Assembly: GCA_963664325.2 (NCBI GenBank)
Contig: CAXXDQ010000007.1
Location: 384,001 to 448,000 of the forward strand
Origin: Desulfomonilia bacterium
Lineage (GTDB): Bacteria; Desulfobacterota; Desulfomonilia; UBA1062
Length of the DNA stretch: 64,000 bases
Reading direction: 5' to 3'
The position numbers were made by a program, and so were the translations under genes. Positions 30,118 to 39,889 of this stretch are shown in pieces. Each line of letters opens with the position of its first letter. Within the stretch, counting starts at the first letter, position 1. The notes under the pieces were generated by a model. The model was given only the letters and a program-made list of their open reading frames with translations. It had not been told where the DNA came from and ran no database searches.

Positions 30118-31554
30118 CTATGACCCTGATGTATTCAGCACTTCCCTGTATTCACTTTCGAATATCTGCGAATTCGTCCCATCGGACTGCTGCCATACAA
30201 TTGCCGCATTGCCGCTGTCGCTCATTGAAACCTGAGGGACAATTGCATCCTGTCTATCTGGGCTTATATTATCGGACAGAACCTGTGGTATTGACCACTG
30301 AATAAATTGATTCGACAAACCTGCAACAGGGCGGTATTCGCTCTTAAATATCTGGAATTTTCTTGTAGTAATATTTTGTGAATCATACTGATACCATACA
30401 ATAATAGAATTTCCCTGGTTGTCCATTGCCACCTGGGGCAGCCACGCAGATGTCGATGCAAGGCTTATACTGTCCAATATGTTGCTTGGATATGTCCATA
30501 TTTTGTTTCTCAGCTCACTCTTGTATATCCTCACTATCCCGTCGTCCAACTCCTGTTCCCATGTGATAACAGCATTTCCACTATCATTCATTGCAGCCTG
30601 TGGATAATACGCATTTCCCGCATCAGGGCTGATGTTGTCTGTCAGATCTGCAGGATGTTTCCATTCCCCGTCTGTAAGCATGCTTATGAATATCTGACAC
30701 CTGTAACCATCATTTTGCTCCCAAGTTATGATGGCTCCTCCTGAGGCGTTCATAACTACCTGCGGATGATGTGCATCTTCTGAATTGGGGCTTATATTGT
30801 CTCCAAGACTCAAGGGATTTGCCCATATGCCATTCCTGCGTTCGCTCTTGAATATCTGCCAGTTTGCCCCGTCGAACTGTTCCCATGCAATTACTGCATC
30901 CCCAGTTTCATCCATTGCAACAACAGGATAATATGCATCCTGTCCGTCAGGACTTATATTCACAATCGGTGTCGAGGGTCGCATCCATATACCGTTTATG
31001 CGTTCACACTTGAATACCTGGGATACTGTTCCGTCAGACTGCTGCCATACTATAACCGCATCTCCTTCATTATCCATAACCACCCTTGGATAATTGGCAT
31101 CCGTGCCTGCGGGACTTATGGAATCGGAGAGGTTAAGAGGATGGGTCCATATCCAATTCTTCCTCTCGCTCATATAAATTCTATAATTCGCTCCGTCATA
31201 CTGAACCCAGACTATAACAGCATCACCATTATCATTGATTGCGACACGCGGGAAATATGCATTGCCACCTTCCGGGCTTATATGTGCCGTGAGCATGGTT
31301 TTTGTCCATGCGCCGTTGACAAACTCAACCTTATAAATCTGAGAATTGAGGCCATCGGACTGTTCCCATACGACCAGACCGTGTCCTGCAACATTCATAG
31401 CCGTCTGTGGATTTTTTGCATCCTGACTGTTTGGGCTTATATTGTCTGAAAGATTTGCCGGATTTGTCCATTTTTTACAGCCGCTGGATAACCCACCCAC
31501 CAAAACCATAATAAAAGCCAGAATACAAATTTTTATCACAACTGGATTCTTCAT
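30118..31554 (-). CDS. Lipoprotein made of eight ~54-aa repeats (probable beta-propeller)
   Basis: LSSG-C lipobox; repeat consensus W..P....D.ISP....A..PQV.M...G.A.I.W.Q.DG...QI.KSE. Confidence 0.8.
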   Translation of the reverse strand: MKNPVVIKICILAFIMVLVGGLSSGCKKWTNPANLSDNISPNSQDAKNPQTAMNVAGHGLVVWEQSDGLNSQIYKVEFVNGAWTKTMLTAHISPEGGNAYFPRVAINDNGDAVIVWVQYDGANYRIYMSERKNWIWTHPLNLSDSISPAGTDANYPRVVMDNEGDAVIVWQQSDGTVSQVFKCERINGIWMRPSTPIVNISPDGQDAYYPVVAMDETGDAVIAWEQFDGANWQIFKSERRNGIWANPLSLGDNISPNSEDAHHPQVVMNASGGAIITWEQNDGYRCQIFISMLTDGEWKHPADLTDNISPDAGNAYYPQAAMNDSGNAVITWEQELDDGIVRIYKSELRNKIWTYPSNILDSISLASTSAWLPQVAMDNQGNSIIVWYQYDSQNITTRKFQIFKSEYRPVAGLSNQFIQWSIPQVLSDNISPDRQDAIVPQVSMSDSGNAAIVWQQSDGTNSQIFESEYREVLNTSGS

Positions 31555-31772
31555 AACTGCTCCTTCTTTAAAAATTTATCACTTTGTAATTCGGAAGTTT
31601 ATCAAATATTCATACAATTTACATAAATTTATTTAATTACATGCAAAAAACATACACTTTTCTAACTAGTTGAATTTTATGGATCAGGACCAATTTGTTT
31701 GTTTAAAACTATAATTTAAATGGAATTTTTTTCCTTGATGCTGGAAATCATTTACTTGGTTGATTAACATTA

Positions 31773-32693
31773 TCAGACTTCAAGCTTTCCGGTTATTTCA
31801 CTAATGTCTTTAATATTATGCCCAGATAAATAACCTGATATGCCTTCAATTATACCTGGCAGACAGAAAGGTTCGACTAGAAGCTGCGTTCCTATCTGAA
31901 CAGCTGATGCCCCTGCAAGGAAAAACTGCAAGGCATCTTTATATGATGATATTCCCCCTGCCCCGATAATTGGTATCCTGACTTGTCTTGAAACATCCCA
32001 AACGATTTTCAATGCTACTGGTTTTATAGCCGGGCCCGACAACCCCCCCGTGATATTGCCAAGAATAGGCTTTTTTGTTTCTTCATCAATCACCATTGCC
32101 GGAATGGTATTTATGCATGTCAGGGCATCCGCTCCAGCCTCCTGGGCAGAGACGGCCATTTTGCATATATCACTGGACATTGGGGATAGCTTTACTAACA
32201 GTGGTTTTTGAGTCTTTCTCCGAACTATTTCAACAAGCTCTCCTAGAACTTCGGGATCCCTGCCGAACTGGATACCACCCATTTTTACGTTCGGACAACT
32301 GACATTCATCTCAAGGGCTGCAACACCATCAATGCTCAACATTTCTGCCAAAAGTACATATTCTTCCTCTGAATTTCCAAAAAAATTGACAATGACTGGG
32401 GTCTCAAACCTCTTTAGAAAAGGGAGTTTCTCTTTAAGAAACAAATCAATTCCCACATTCTCAAGCCCTATTGCATTGACCATACCGGAGGCAGTCTCGG
32501 CTACCCGAGGTGTTGCATTTCCTTCTTTTGGTTTAAAGGAAATCCCTTTGGTTACAATACCTCCCATTTTATTCAGATCAAGAATCTTTGAAAATTCTTG
32601 ACCATATGCAAATGTTCCTGAGGCATTCATAACCGGATTTTTAAGTATCAGGCCGCGCCCCAGATCAACATTTAAATTAGCTTGCATCACCAT
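31773..32693 (-). CDS. pyrD: Dihydroorotate dehydrogenase B, catalytic subunit
   Basis: ASGTF, NAIGLEN, NVSCPNV, GGLSGPAIKP. Confidence 0.95.
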   Translation of the reverse strand: MVMQANLNVDLGRGLILKNPVMNASGTFAYGQEFSKILDLNKMGGIVTKGISFKPKEGNATPRVAETASGMVNAIGLENVGIDLFLKEKLPFLKRFETPVIVNFFGNSEEEYVLLAEMLSIDGVAALEMNVSCPNVKMGGIQFGRDPEVLGELVEIVRRKTQKPLLVKLSPMSSDICKMAVSAQEAGADALTCINTIPAMVIDEETKKPILGNITGGLSGPAIKPVALKIVWDVSRQVRIPIIGAGGISSYKDALQFFLAGASAVQIGTQLLVEPFCLPGIIEGISGYLSGHNIKDISEITGKLEV

Positions 32694-33424
32694 ATGATTT
32701 CCTCTGCATTGAAAACAGGACCTGCTGCACACACACTTTTATTTCCTGATACTGTTTTTACAACACACCCTGAACATACCCCAAAACCGCATGCCATCTT
32801 TTCTTCCAGGGAGACCTGACAGGGGATCCCCGTATTTTTAGATATGGCGGCCACTTCTTTCAGCATTGCCAGAGGTCCGCAGGCATAAATTGCGGATGGG
32901 TTTTTGAGATGCATGACCGACAGTAGTTCCGTCACCATTCCTTTATAACCGACTGATCCGTCTTCAGTAGCAATTTCAGCCTTGCCAGGTATATAATCGA
33001 AAGGAATATCTTCATCGGATTTTGCTCCGATCATAAATTTGCCCTTTTTGAGTCTGTTATACAGTGATACCAGCGGCGGAAGCCCTATTCCACCTGCTAC
33101 ATAAACAACCTGCCCTTCCCTATCAATATCAAACCCGTTTCCGAGAGGACCTATAACAGAAACCGTTTCGCCTTCCTTCAGCATGGAAAGTGCTATGGTG
33201 CCTTCCCCCCTTGTTTTGTAAAGCAACACAAGCACTTCATCTTTAAGCTCCATTATTCCCAACGGCCTTCTTAAAAAAGCCCCGTGGGACGGTGCTTTCA
33301 ACATAATAAACTGGCCTGGATGATATGAATCCATACCGCATTCAAGGGTTAACAGATAAGTATTTGCTGCAACCTGTCTATTGCTTATGGCAGTAGATAT
33401 GAACTCTTTCAAGATGTCCTCCAA
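32687..33424 (-). CDS. pyrK: Dihydroorotate dehydrogenase electron-transfer subunit (start possibly TTG 33412)
   Basis: LRRPLG, GPLGNGF, MACGFGVCSGC. Confidence 0.93.
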   Translation of the reverse strand: MEDILKEFISTAISNRQVAANTYLLTLECGMDSYHPGQFIMLKAPSHGAFLRRPLGIMELKDEVLVLLYKTRGEGTIALSMLKEGETVSVIGPLGNGFDIDREGQVVYVAGGIGLPPLVSLYNRLKKGKFMIGAKSDEDIPFDYIPGKAEIATEDGSVGYKGMVTELLSVMHLKNPSAIYACGPLAMLKEVAAISKNTGIPCQVSLEEKMACGFGVCSGCVVKTVSGNKSVCAAGPVFNAEEIIW

Positions 33425-33446
33425 TAAATTTTAGCTCTGACTACCA

Positions 33447-34127
33447 TTATGACGCCAATTTCCATAGCACTGCAGCCGAAATTCCGAGTATGAACGCACT
33501 CGACCATGAATAACGTGAATGCATACGTTTTCCGACAACAAGACCTGCAAGGCCTATCATAACTGAAATTACCGGCATATATGAAAACACCATCTTGGTT
33601 TTTTCGGGAAGCAATGGGATAATAAACCATGCAATAGCTGATAATAAGTAAATACAAATGGCAGTGATCAGGAGTACCGTTATATAGATTTTCAACAGTG
33701 ATTTAATCATAAGATAATCTATTCTGCTCTGCCAGTCATCTCCGAGTTTTTCAATGATATTTTCATTCCTCTTCATAATATACGTATTCATTTTTCTTCC
33801 GATAATAAGAGATGGGAGGCATAAAACAAGCGCAAATCCTGCTGCAGGAAGATTTTCCATTGTCTGGGCGGCAACTGATGCTACCGGCAAAGCAACCACG
33901 GTACAGAAATTTTCATCATATGGCAGGTACCCTCCAACTGGCGGGGCATAAAGTCCGATAATCTCAAGTGAAATCCCAACGATAAGGGCTAAATGAATAT
34001 TGCCAAGGATCAGGCCGAGAATTACAGAAACAACAACAGGTCTGCTTATCTGTATCTGAAGTGCATACTCTCTGTCCATCCAGAGCAATGCACCAATAAA
34101 TGCTGATGCTGTGATGGATGTAATCAT
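33447..34127 (-). CDS. PTS mannose-family IIC component
   Basis: QISRPVV, PVGGYLP; follows IIA and IIB. Confidence 0.8.
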   Translation of the reverse strand: MITSITASAFIGALLWMDREYALQIQISRPVVVSVILGLILGNIHLALIVGISLEIIGLYAPPVGGYLPYDENFCTVVALPVASVAAQTMENLPAAGFALVLCLPSLIIGRKMNTYIMKRNENIIEKLGDDWQSRIDYLMIKSLLKIYITVLLITAICIYLLSAIAWFIIPLLPEKTKMVFSYMPVISVMIGLAGLVVGKRMHSRYSWSSAFILGISAAVLWKLAS

Positions 34128-34615
34128 TCTCCTAGAGTATTGAGTATATACTTAATGTCAATCTCTTTTTCCCTTGGAACAGACTGAAGGTTTATTGATA
34201 CCCCTTTTGACAGCATCTCTTTCAGCATAATTATATCTTCCCTGTTCACCCAGAATGAATACATAAGTTGTTTATCCGCTTCAGATGATCGCATATTGCC
34301 CAGATTAATTTTCCAGGAAATAGCATCATTCTGAACAATCCTGTATGCATCCATAACAGAAGATACTATAACCAAAGTGGTTTTACCGGAAAGTTCAGGA
34401 TCTTCTACAAGGTCTTTCACACTGTCAACATTAACCATTCTGAGTTTAATTCTCTCAGGTACAGCCATTGAAAGTATGGCCATCTGGAACTGGTCTTCAG
34501 CAAGTGCATCATTTGCCACTACAACGCATTGCGCTTTCAGATAAGGTAGCCATGACTCAAGTATTTGGCCATGAATAAGCCTGTCATCAACCCTTATCAT
34601 GACAATATTCATCAC
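34124..34615 (-). CDS. PTS mannose-family IIB component
   Basis: RVDDRLIHGQ. Confidence 0.92.
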   Translation of the reverse strand: MMNIVMIRVDDRLIHGQILESWLPYLKAQCVVVANDALAEDQFQMAILSMAVPERIKLRMVNVDSVKDLVEDPELSGKTTLVIVSSVMDAYRIVQNDAISWKINLGNMRSSEADKQLMYSFWVNREDIIMLKEMLSKGVSINLQSVPREKEIDIKYILNTLGE

Positions 34616-35019
34616 TTTTTCACAGTTGATGCCAGTATTTCAGATGCTATGTATATATTGCTCTTGCCGCTGTCTTTTAACAATTGCGCTATTTCACCAA
34701 TTGATCTGCTTTCTCTTTTTGTTATTGCCCCGATTAACATGGGGAGGTTGACACCTGTTATGACCTCGATTTTTTCTTCGAGAAATGAAAGGCTTATATT
34801 GGAAGGAGTGCCTCCGAACATGTCTGTCAATATTATTACCCCGTCACCATTATTTACTTCTTTTATTGAATTTTTCAGCATTTTCCTGAGTTTTTCCACA
34901 TCGCTCCCCTGACAAAAGGAACATGCTTTTACCCCGTCAATATGCCCTACTATAAGCTCTGCGGTTTCAATCAGTGACTCTGCAAGATTACCATGTGCAA
35001 CAACAAGAATGCCGACCAT
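34612..35019 (-). CDS. PTS mannose-family IIA component
   Basis: VVAHG, DMFGGTPSN, GVNLPML. Confidence 0.92.
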   Translation of the reverse strand: MVGILVVAHGNLAESLIETAELIVGHIDGVKACSFCQGSDVEKLRKMLKNSIKEVNNGDGVIILTDMFGGTPSNISLSFLEEKIEVITGVNLPMLIGAITKRESRSIGEIAQLLKDSGKSNIYIASEILASTVKK

Positions 35020-35900
35020 TAAAGCCCTCCCTGTGAAAGTTCTCGATGAACAACCTTGCAATTAAATTTTGCTTTCTCGACAAGTTGTCCCACTTCCTCG
35101 GCAATGGCAACCGACCGGTGCCTGCCACCGGTGCAGCCTATTGCAATATTCAGATATGATCTTCCTTCTTTCTTGCATAACGGTAATATGAAAGAAATGA
35201 ATCCTTTAAGTTTCTTAATGAAATTCACATAAACCCTGTGTGAGTTTAGCCATTCCTTAACCTCTGGATCCAGCCCTGTTTTTTTCATGAGATTTTCGAC
35301 AAAATGAGGGTTTGGAAGATATCTGACATCCAGGACAATATCGGCATCAAGGGGAATGCCTTTTTTGAATCCAAAAGATCTTACTTCAACATACATGCCT
35401 TTTGAAGCGGTGACCCTTTTTATTATTTCTTTTATGCGCCCGGCAAATTCATGCACATTCAAGTTTGTAGAATCAATTACAAAATCTGCCATATCTTTTA
35501 TGGGAGTCATAATTTCCCGTTCGGCTTCAATGGCATCCAGCAGATTAGGATAATTATCACTCAAGGGATGACGTCTTCTTGTCTCCTTGAATCTGTTCAA
35601 CATCGACCCAGTCTTTGATTCTATGAAAATAAGTTTGGTTACTGGCATCGTCTGTTTCATTGCTAAAATTGCCTGTTGCGCCATCTGACCGAATACATCC
35701 GCTCCACCTCTGATATCGACTCCAAAGCAAACTCTCGACAGATTCAGGGATGCAAAATCATATATTTCGACAAGTTTTGAAAGCATATCTACAGGGACAT
35801 TGTCCATGCAGAAAAAGCCCTCGTCCTCGATCTCTTTCATTGCGCTGGACTTTCCAGAACCGCTTAATCCTGTAACGATGAGGAATATGGGCTGCTTCAT
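35019..35900 (-). CDS. rapZ: RNase adapter RapZ
   Basis: TGLSGSGKS, ETRRRHPL, GCTGGRHRS. Confidence 0.95.
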   Translation of the reverse strand: MKQPIFLIVTGLSGSGKSSAMKEIEDEGFFCMDNVPVDMLSKLVEIYDFASLNLSRVCFGVDIRGGADVFGQMAQQAILAMKQTMPVTKLIFIESKTGSMLNRFKETRRRHPLSDNYPNLLDAIEAEREIMTPIKDMADFVIDSTNLNVHEFAGRIKEIIKRVTASKGMYVEVRSFGFKKGIPLDADIVLDVRYLPNPHFVENLMKKTGLDPEVKEWLNSHRVYVNFIKKLKGFISFILPLCKKEGRSYLNIAIGCTGGRHRSVAIAEEVGQLVEKAKFNCKVVHRELSQGGL

Positions 35901-35912
35901 GCAATCTCCTGC

Positions 35913-37193
35913 CTATAAACCGGATTCTCTGATCCTTTTAATAGCACAAAATTCACCGCACATGGTACATACATCAGAATCGCCTATTTCGCTTGATTCC
36001 CTGAGTTTTCTTGCGTTTTCAGGGTTGAATGAAAGTTCAATCTGAGTTTCCCAATCCAGCTCTTTTCTTGCTTTTGACATGGCAATATCCCTCTCCCACG
36101 CATATTTCATTCCTCTGGCAAGATCAGCGGCATGAGCTGCAATCTTGGATGCTATTACGCCTTCAACTACATGTTCAACCGTTGGCAACCTCAGATGCTC
36201 AGCCGGTGTGACATAGCATAAAAAACTTGCACCCATATAAGCGGCAAGGGCGCCCCCAATAGCACCCGCTATGTGGTCATAACCGCTTGCGCAATCAGTC
36301 ACCAATGGACCAAGGACATAAAACGGAGCCCCTTTGCAAAGAGATTTCTGAAGCCTGATATTTTCTTCAACCATATTAAGAGGTACATGGCCCGGACCTT
36401 CAATCATTGCCTGAACGCCTTTTTCCCTGGCATGTTGGGCAAGTTCTCCCAGGGTTACAAGTTCGGTTATTTGTGAGCGGTCCGTTGCATCTGCAATCGA
36501 GCCTGGCCTCATGCCGTCTCCAAGGGATATGGTGACATCATATTCCGCCAGGACATCCAAAATATCATCATAGTATTCATACAACGGTGATTCCTTGGAA
36601 TTCTTCTTCATCCATGAAACCATGAATGCTCCTCCTCTGCTGACGACATCAAGTACTCTCGTCTGTCGCTGAAGGGCATTTAAAGCATTCAAGTTGACGC
36701 CGGAGTGTATCGTCATGAAATCGACACCTTCTTTAGCCTGGGATTCGATTGTTTTGAGAAAATCTTTAATTGTCATATCAGTGATGTCTTTTTTCTTCCG
36801 GGACAGGTCATAAGCGGTCTGGTAAACAGGTACCGTACCGATCATTACTGGAGAGGCCTTTATTATCTTTTTCCTTATTGAATTGAGACTGCACCCCAGT
36901 GACAGATCCATAACGGCATCGGCGCCATAGGCAACAGCTGCCTTAAGTTTCCTAAGTTCTTCTTTCATATTCATATGGTATGGGGAAGAGCCGATATTGG
37001 CATTTATTTTTGTCCTGAGCCCTTTGCCGATACCTCTTATATATTCCAGGTTTCTTCCACGGTTTTTTGGAATAACTATCGTGCCTTCTGCCAATCCTTC
37101 TCTTATATATTCAGGATTGAGCCCCTCATACCTGGCAACCGACACCATTTCATCCGTTACTATACCTTTCTTAGCCTGCTGTAATAATGTCAT
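35913..37193 (-). CDS. thiC: Phosphomethylpyrimidine synthase
   Basis: TKINANIG, EGPGHVP, CYVTPAEHL, CTMCGEFC. Confidence 0.97.
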   Translation of the reverse strand: MTLLQQAKKGIVTDEMVSVARYEGLNPEYIREGLAEGTIVIPKNRGRNLEYIRGIGKGLRTKINANIGSSPYHMNMKEELRKLKAAVAYGADAVMDLSLGCSLNSIRKKIIKASPVMIGTVPVYQTAYDLSRKKKDITDMTIKDFLKTIESQAKEGVDFMTIHSGVNLNALNALQRQTRVLDVVSRGGAFMVSWMKKNSKESPLYEYYDDILDVLAEYDVTISLGDGMRPGSIADATDRSQITELVTLGELAQHAREKGVQAMIEGPGHVPLNMVEENIRLQKSLCKGAPFYVLGPLVTDCASGYDHIAGAIGGALAAYMGASFLCYVTPAEHLRLPTVEHVVEGVIASKIAAHAADLARGMKYAWERDIAMSKARKELDWETQIELSFNPENARKLRESSEIGDSDVCTMCGEFCAIKRIRESGL

Positions 37194-38209
37194 GAGATTT
37201 CTCCAAAAGTATTCAGGAATGACATTTCCTCATAAGGATCCTTCGCATCCTGAACCGCGCTTATAACAGCGATATTGTTTAATCCTGTTCCGGAAAGCTC
37301 CCTCATATTATGTCTGTTTATTCCGCCTATGGCAACAACCGGATGACTTGATTTTCTTACTGCCTCTTTCAATACATCAACACCTGTAACTGGGTCAGGT
37401 ATTTCTTTAGAATAAGTTTTCCAGACAGGTCCGAACCCGATATAATCAATCGGTTTATTACCTGCCGCCACAACCTGTGAAAGATTATGTGTTGAAAGTC
37501 CTATAAGAAAACTTTCGCCAAGGAAATCTCTTGCCTGTTCAGGTTCCATATCATCCTGACCCAGATGAACTCCGTCGGCTTCGCAGAGTCTGGCTATATC
37601 CAGTCTGTCATTAACAATAAAGAACGTCTTTGAACCCCTGGTAATTTCTCTTATTTTGAACGCAGTCATCATCAATTCCCTGTCAGATCCCTTTTTCTGC
37701 CTCATCTGTATTGCAGGAAGGCAGGCTCTTACTGCCATTTTTGCTATATTCTCATAACCTGCAGCAGGATCGGTAATCACCAGGTAAAGACCTTTGCCCA
37801 GATATTTTTTACTTATTTTTGCACAGACTTTTTTTTCTATATCATACAATTCATATCTCAGTTTTTTCATAACCGATGATATGTCTTTTTCCCCGAGTTT
37901 ATACACTTCCTCAAGAACTCTAAGTCCTTCCTCCGCTCTTTTAATGTTTGCCGAGGCGATGTCCCTCAGTTCCGATCTTTCATATTCATTTGCACCTGTT
38001 GATGAAAAACCAACGTCATCAATGGATTCCCTCGATGAAATCACTGCAGCCCGGTTAACAGTTGCTATAAGTTTGTGGCGCATATTTTTCAGTCCCTGCT
38101 GAATTTCTCCGCAGACAATGCTGTAGCGAAAAATATCTTCCACCACTCGGAGCCCTTCTGTTATGCGATTGATATTCGCATCTGTTATGCGGTCAGTATT
38201 ATAGGTCAT
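37190..38209 (-). CDS. thiE: Thiamine-phosphate synthase with N-terminal ThiD2-type domain
   Basis: RITDANINRITEGLRVVED N-domain; VNDRLD, GVHLGQDD, VAIGGI; TAATG overlap with thi4. Confidence 0.9.
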   Translation of the reverse strand: MTYNTDRITDANINRITEGLRVVEDIFRYSIVCGEIQQGLKNMRHKLIATVNRAAVISSRESIDDVGFSSTGANEYERSELRDIASANIKRAEEGLRVLEEVYKLGEKDISSVMKKLRYELYDIEKKVCAKISKKYLGKGLYLVITDPAAGYENIAKMAVRACLPAIQMRQKKGSDRELMMTAFKIREITRGSKTFFIVNDRLDIARLCEADGVHLGQDDMEPEQARDFLGESFLIGLSTHNLSQVVAAGNKPIDYIGFGPVWKTYSKEIPDPVTGVDVLKEAVRKSSHPVVAIGGINRHNMRELSGTGLNNIAVISAVQDAKDPYEEMSFLNTFGEIS

Positions 38210-38979
38210 TAAAGCTTTTCCATTATTGAAGCAGCGGCCTTCTGGCCGGACAAAAGCATGCCCCCGAATATAGGCCCCATTCTGTATCCGCCATAAACGG
38301 CATTTGCTGCCATTCCTGAAACAAAAAGTCCGGGAAAACATTCGCGTGTATTTTCAACAGTATGAATTTCACCCAGTTCTGCATCCATTGATTTTTCACC
38401 CAGCATTTCTCCGGTTGGTGTGTTGAGTTTAACTCCCATTTTTTTTAAAAGTACCCCGACGACCTCAGCCGGATGGCCAGTTGCATCAAGTACATATTTT
38501 GAATGAACAGTCAGGGGGTCTACATGAAGTTTATTAAGTTCCACAGGTGTCCAGTTTATGACTAGTCCTGTAACTGTACCGTTTTTAAAAACAACATCTT
38601 CCATCGAAACCAGATTGAATATTTTAAGACCAGCCTTGACCGATTTATATATCAGGGTCGAGACTGCTTCAACGGCGTCAATCGTATAATATCCTTCCTC
38701 GTACATTTTCGCATCTATATCGAATTCATCAATGAGAGTTTTAGCGGTATTCTGGACTACTATCTCATTGAACATCATGCCCCCGCCCCACATCCCACCG
38801 CCTGCCGCAAGTTTTCTCTCGAACATGGCAACTTTTTTACCGGCTTTAGCAAGATAATATCCGCAAACAAGACCGGAGGGACCTCCTCCGACTATTGCCA
38901 CATCAATATCCAGAGCATTTTTTAGCTTCTGAAAATAAGTATCAAGTATAGCTCTGGTTATTGTCGCCTCATTGAGCAT
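38209..38979 (-). CDS. thi4: Sulfide-dependent adenosine-diphosphate thiazole synthase (Thi4 type)
   Basis: [28 protein letters not shown]. Confidence 0.93.
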   Translation of the reverse strand: MLNEATITRAILDTYFQKLKNALDIDVAIVGGGPSGLVCGYYLAKAGKKVAMFERKLAAGGGMWGGGMMFNEIVVQNTAKTLIDEFDIDAKMYEEGYYTIDAVEAVSTLIYKSVKAGLKIFNLVSMEDVVFKNGTVTGLVINWTPVELNKLHVDPLTVHSKYVLDATGHPAEVVGVLLKKMGVKLNTPTGEMLGEKSMDAELGEIHTVENTRECFPGLFVSGMAANAVYGGYRMGPIFGGMLLSGQKAAASIMEKL

Positions 38980-39091
38980 GAGTCATCCTCCGGAATTCTT
39001 TTATGCCCTGATATAATCATTACCCGGTAGTGTCAATGGCACGTTTTTTAATGTTGAATTGGACAGTGTTCTTATCATAATATAGTTACCC

Positions 39092-39844
39092 ATGAACAAT
39101 CTTTTTGACAAAGCCTCTAACGGCATAATGGGGTTATGGACAACAGTTACTACTGTCATTTATACGATTCTGCTGGGCATTCCCGTAATATTTATTTCTT
39201 TGGTTAGCAAAACAGGCAAACTTCCTTTCAAATTGGGGTGTGTCTGGTCCTGGCTGATCTTAAAGACAAACAGGGTGAGAATACAGGTGATCGGGCTTGA
39301 AAAATTCGCCAGAGAAAAATCTTATGTTTTCATATCAAATCATACCAGCAATCTTGACCCTCCGGCAGCAGTACTGGCAATACCGCAAACTCTTAGATTT
39401 ATCGGTAAAAGTTCTCTTGCAAAAATTCCGATATTCGGCTGGGCAGCCAAGCTAGGACGAATGATTTTTATTGATAGATCAAATCATGCAAAGGCGGTGG
39501 AAACAATAAACAAAGCTATAAAAGATTTGAAGGACGGAATCAGCGCCTTTTTCTTCGCCGAAGGAACACGCAGTGCCGATGGCGTTCTTCAGTCATTTAA
39601 AAAAGGCGGCGTGGTCCTCGCCTTGAAAGCCAAATTACCAATCATCCCGATTACAATAATCGGCAGCTACCGTCTGTTGCCCAAAAGCGCCATAAGGATA
39701 AGACCCGGCATATTAAAAGTCATAATCGGTGATCCTATTGACACAAGTGCCTATTCTGATGAGGATAAAGACATCCTGCTTCAAAAGATCAGGAATGTCA
39801 TTCAGGAGACACTTAATAAGCACAGTCTGCCTGTAACTGCCTGA
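39092..39844 (+). CDS. plsC: 1-acyl-sn-glycerol-3-phosphate acyltransferase (second copy)
   Basis: SNHTSNLD, FIDR, FAEGTRS. Confidence 0.85.
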   Translation: MNNLFDKASNGIMGLWTTVTTVIYTILLGIPVIFISLVSKTGKLPFKLGCVWSWLILKTNRVRIQVIGLEKFAREKSYVFISNHTSNLDPPAAVLAIPQTLRFIGKSSLAKIPIFGWAAKLGRMIFIDRSNHAKAVETINKAIKDLKDGISAFFFAEGTRSADGVLQSFKKGGVVLALKAKLPIIPITIIGSYRLLPKSAIRIRPGILKVIIGDPIDTSAYSDEDKDILLQKIRNVIQETLNKHSLPVTA

Positions 39845-39889
39845 TTCAAGTCTCGGCTAAGATGATCTTGCGCGATTAAGGAGGCCATT

